From: Candidatus Spyradocola sp.
GTDB lineage: Bacteria > Bacillota > Clostridia > Christensenellales > UBA1750
NCBI GenBank assembly: GCA_034113365.1
Contig: JAXEXP010000174.1
Location: 1-62,022, forward strand
Reading direction: 5' to 3'
Length of the DNA: 62,022 bases
Both the position numbers and the translations under genes were made by a program. Shown one piece after another: positions 61,402 through 62,022 of this stretch. Positions within the stretch are counted from its first letter, which is position 1. Every line of letters starts with the position of its first letter. A model generated the notes under the pieces. The model worked only from the letters and a program-made list of their open reading frames with translations. It was not told where the DNA came from and did not search any database.

Positions 61402-61923
61402 ATGAGAAAATTAGTGATTGTGTTGCTGGCCGTTGTGATGATTTCCTCTCTTTCTGCATGCTATGCAAAAGCGTCAGAAGAGAATGTCGAGAGTAATGAT
61501 AACATGACAAATATCCATAAAACTAATGAGGTACTGGAGAATGATAAGGATTCAGAATCGGAAAACACATTACAGACAACTAATGGGTCCGAATTCTATT
61601 CAAATAAAGTCTATTCTGTGGGAGAAGATATTCCTGCCGGGGGCTATGTAATTAACTGTACTGATACAGAACATACAATGTTTATAGCTGTTTTTACAAG
61701 TGAAACGGACTACGAGAATTTTAACCGTGCGAAGAAAGCAACATTAGGTGAATTTAGAGAAGCGATTGAGCTTAATGCGTGGACAGATTTCTATCTTGAA
61801 AAGAACGAGAAAGTCTATATTGGCTTGAAGAAAGGATATCTCATCCTTCTAGACGATGGGCTATGTGAGTTTAATGCATATGAAAGTACAGTTTACAAGG
61901 GACTACACAGGGTAGGTATCTGA
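61402..61923 (+). CDS. Hypothetical lipoprotein, AT-rich
   Basis: MRKLVIVLLAVVMISSLSA-C lipobox; Y.VG.DIPAG.Y motif; GGGAGG RBS; base composition sharply different from its neighbours. Confidence 0.75.
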   Translation: MRKLVIVLLAVVMISSLSACYAKASEENVESNDNMTNIHKTNEVLENDKDSESENTLQTTNGSEFYSNKVYSVGEDIPAGGYVINCTDTEHTMFIAVFTSETDYENFNRAKKATLGEFREAIELNAWTDFYLEKNEKVYIGLKKGYLILLDDGLCEFNAYESTVYKGLHRVGI

Positions 61924-62022
61924 CGGGAGGGGTGCCGCCAGTCAGATTTTCCATGTGATGTTCAAGCTGTCGCTTGTGGCGGCTATGGTGGTGATCATCA
62001 AATCCACCACACGCCGCTTGTC

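Overview
This is a high-GC chromosomal window from what is most likely an anaerobic, spore-forming Bacillota (Clostridia-like) organism. That is inferred from the sporulation lipoprotein, forespore-type promoters, ECF S components and TPP riboswitch. About 55 genes can be supported: three GH31 glycosidases, three esterases, a TPP-riboswitch-controlled thiamine salvage operon (thiM-thiE-thiD-tenA-thiW), two MATE transporters, lgt/pncB, a complete F1Fo ATP synthase operon with a Na+-type c subunit, and uvrB/uvrA. The most notable items are: (1) a minus-strand cluster joining a cobalamin methyltransferase module (two UroD-family proteins, a corrinoid protein, DUF2284 and a RACo activator) to a glycyl radical enzyme with an atypical GCHW active-site loop and its activase; (2) three copies of a hairpin-rich MITE sitting at intrinsic terminators, with the two complete copies each flanked by a 32-33 bp duplication of the whole terminator hairpin; (3) two candidate cis-regulatory RNA leaders of unknown type; (4) an Asn/Gln-rich micro-protein behind a sigmaG-type promoter, whose TGA stop is in frame with a second small ORF; (5) a decayed GIY-YIG gene beside a long inverted repeat between uvrB and uvrA. 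No CRISPR array, rRNA, tRNA or intact transposase was recognised. All functional calls come from reading motifs by eye; no database searches were run.
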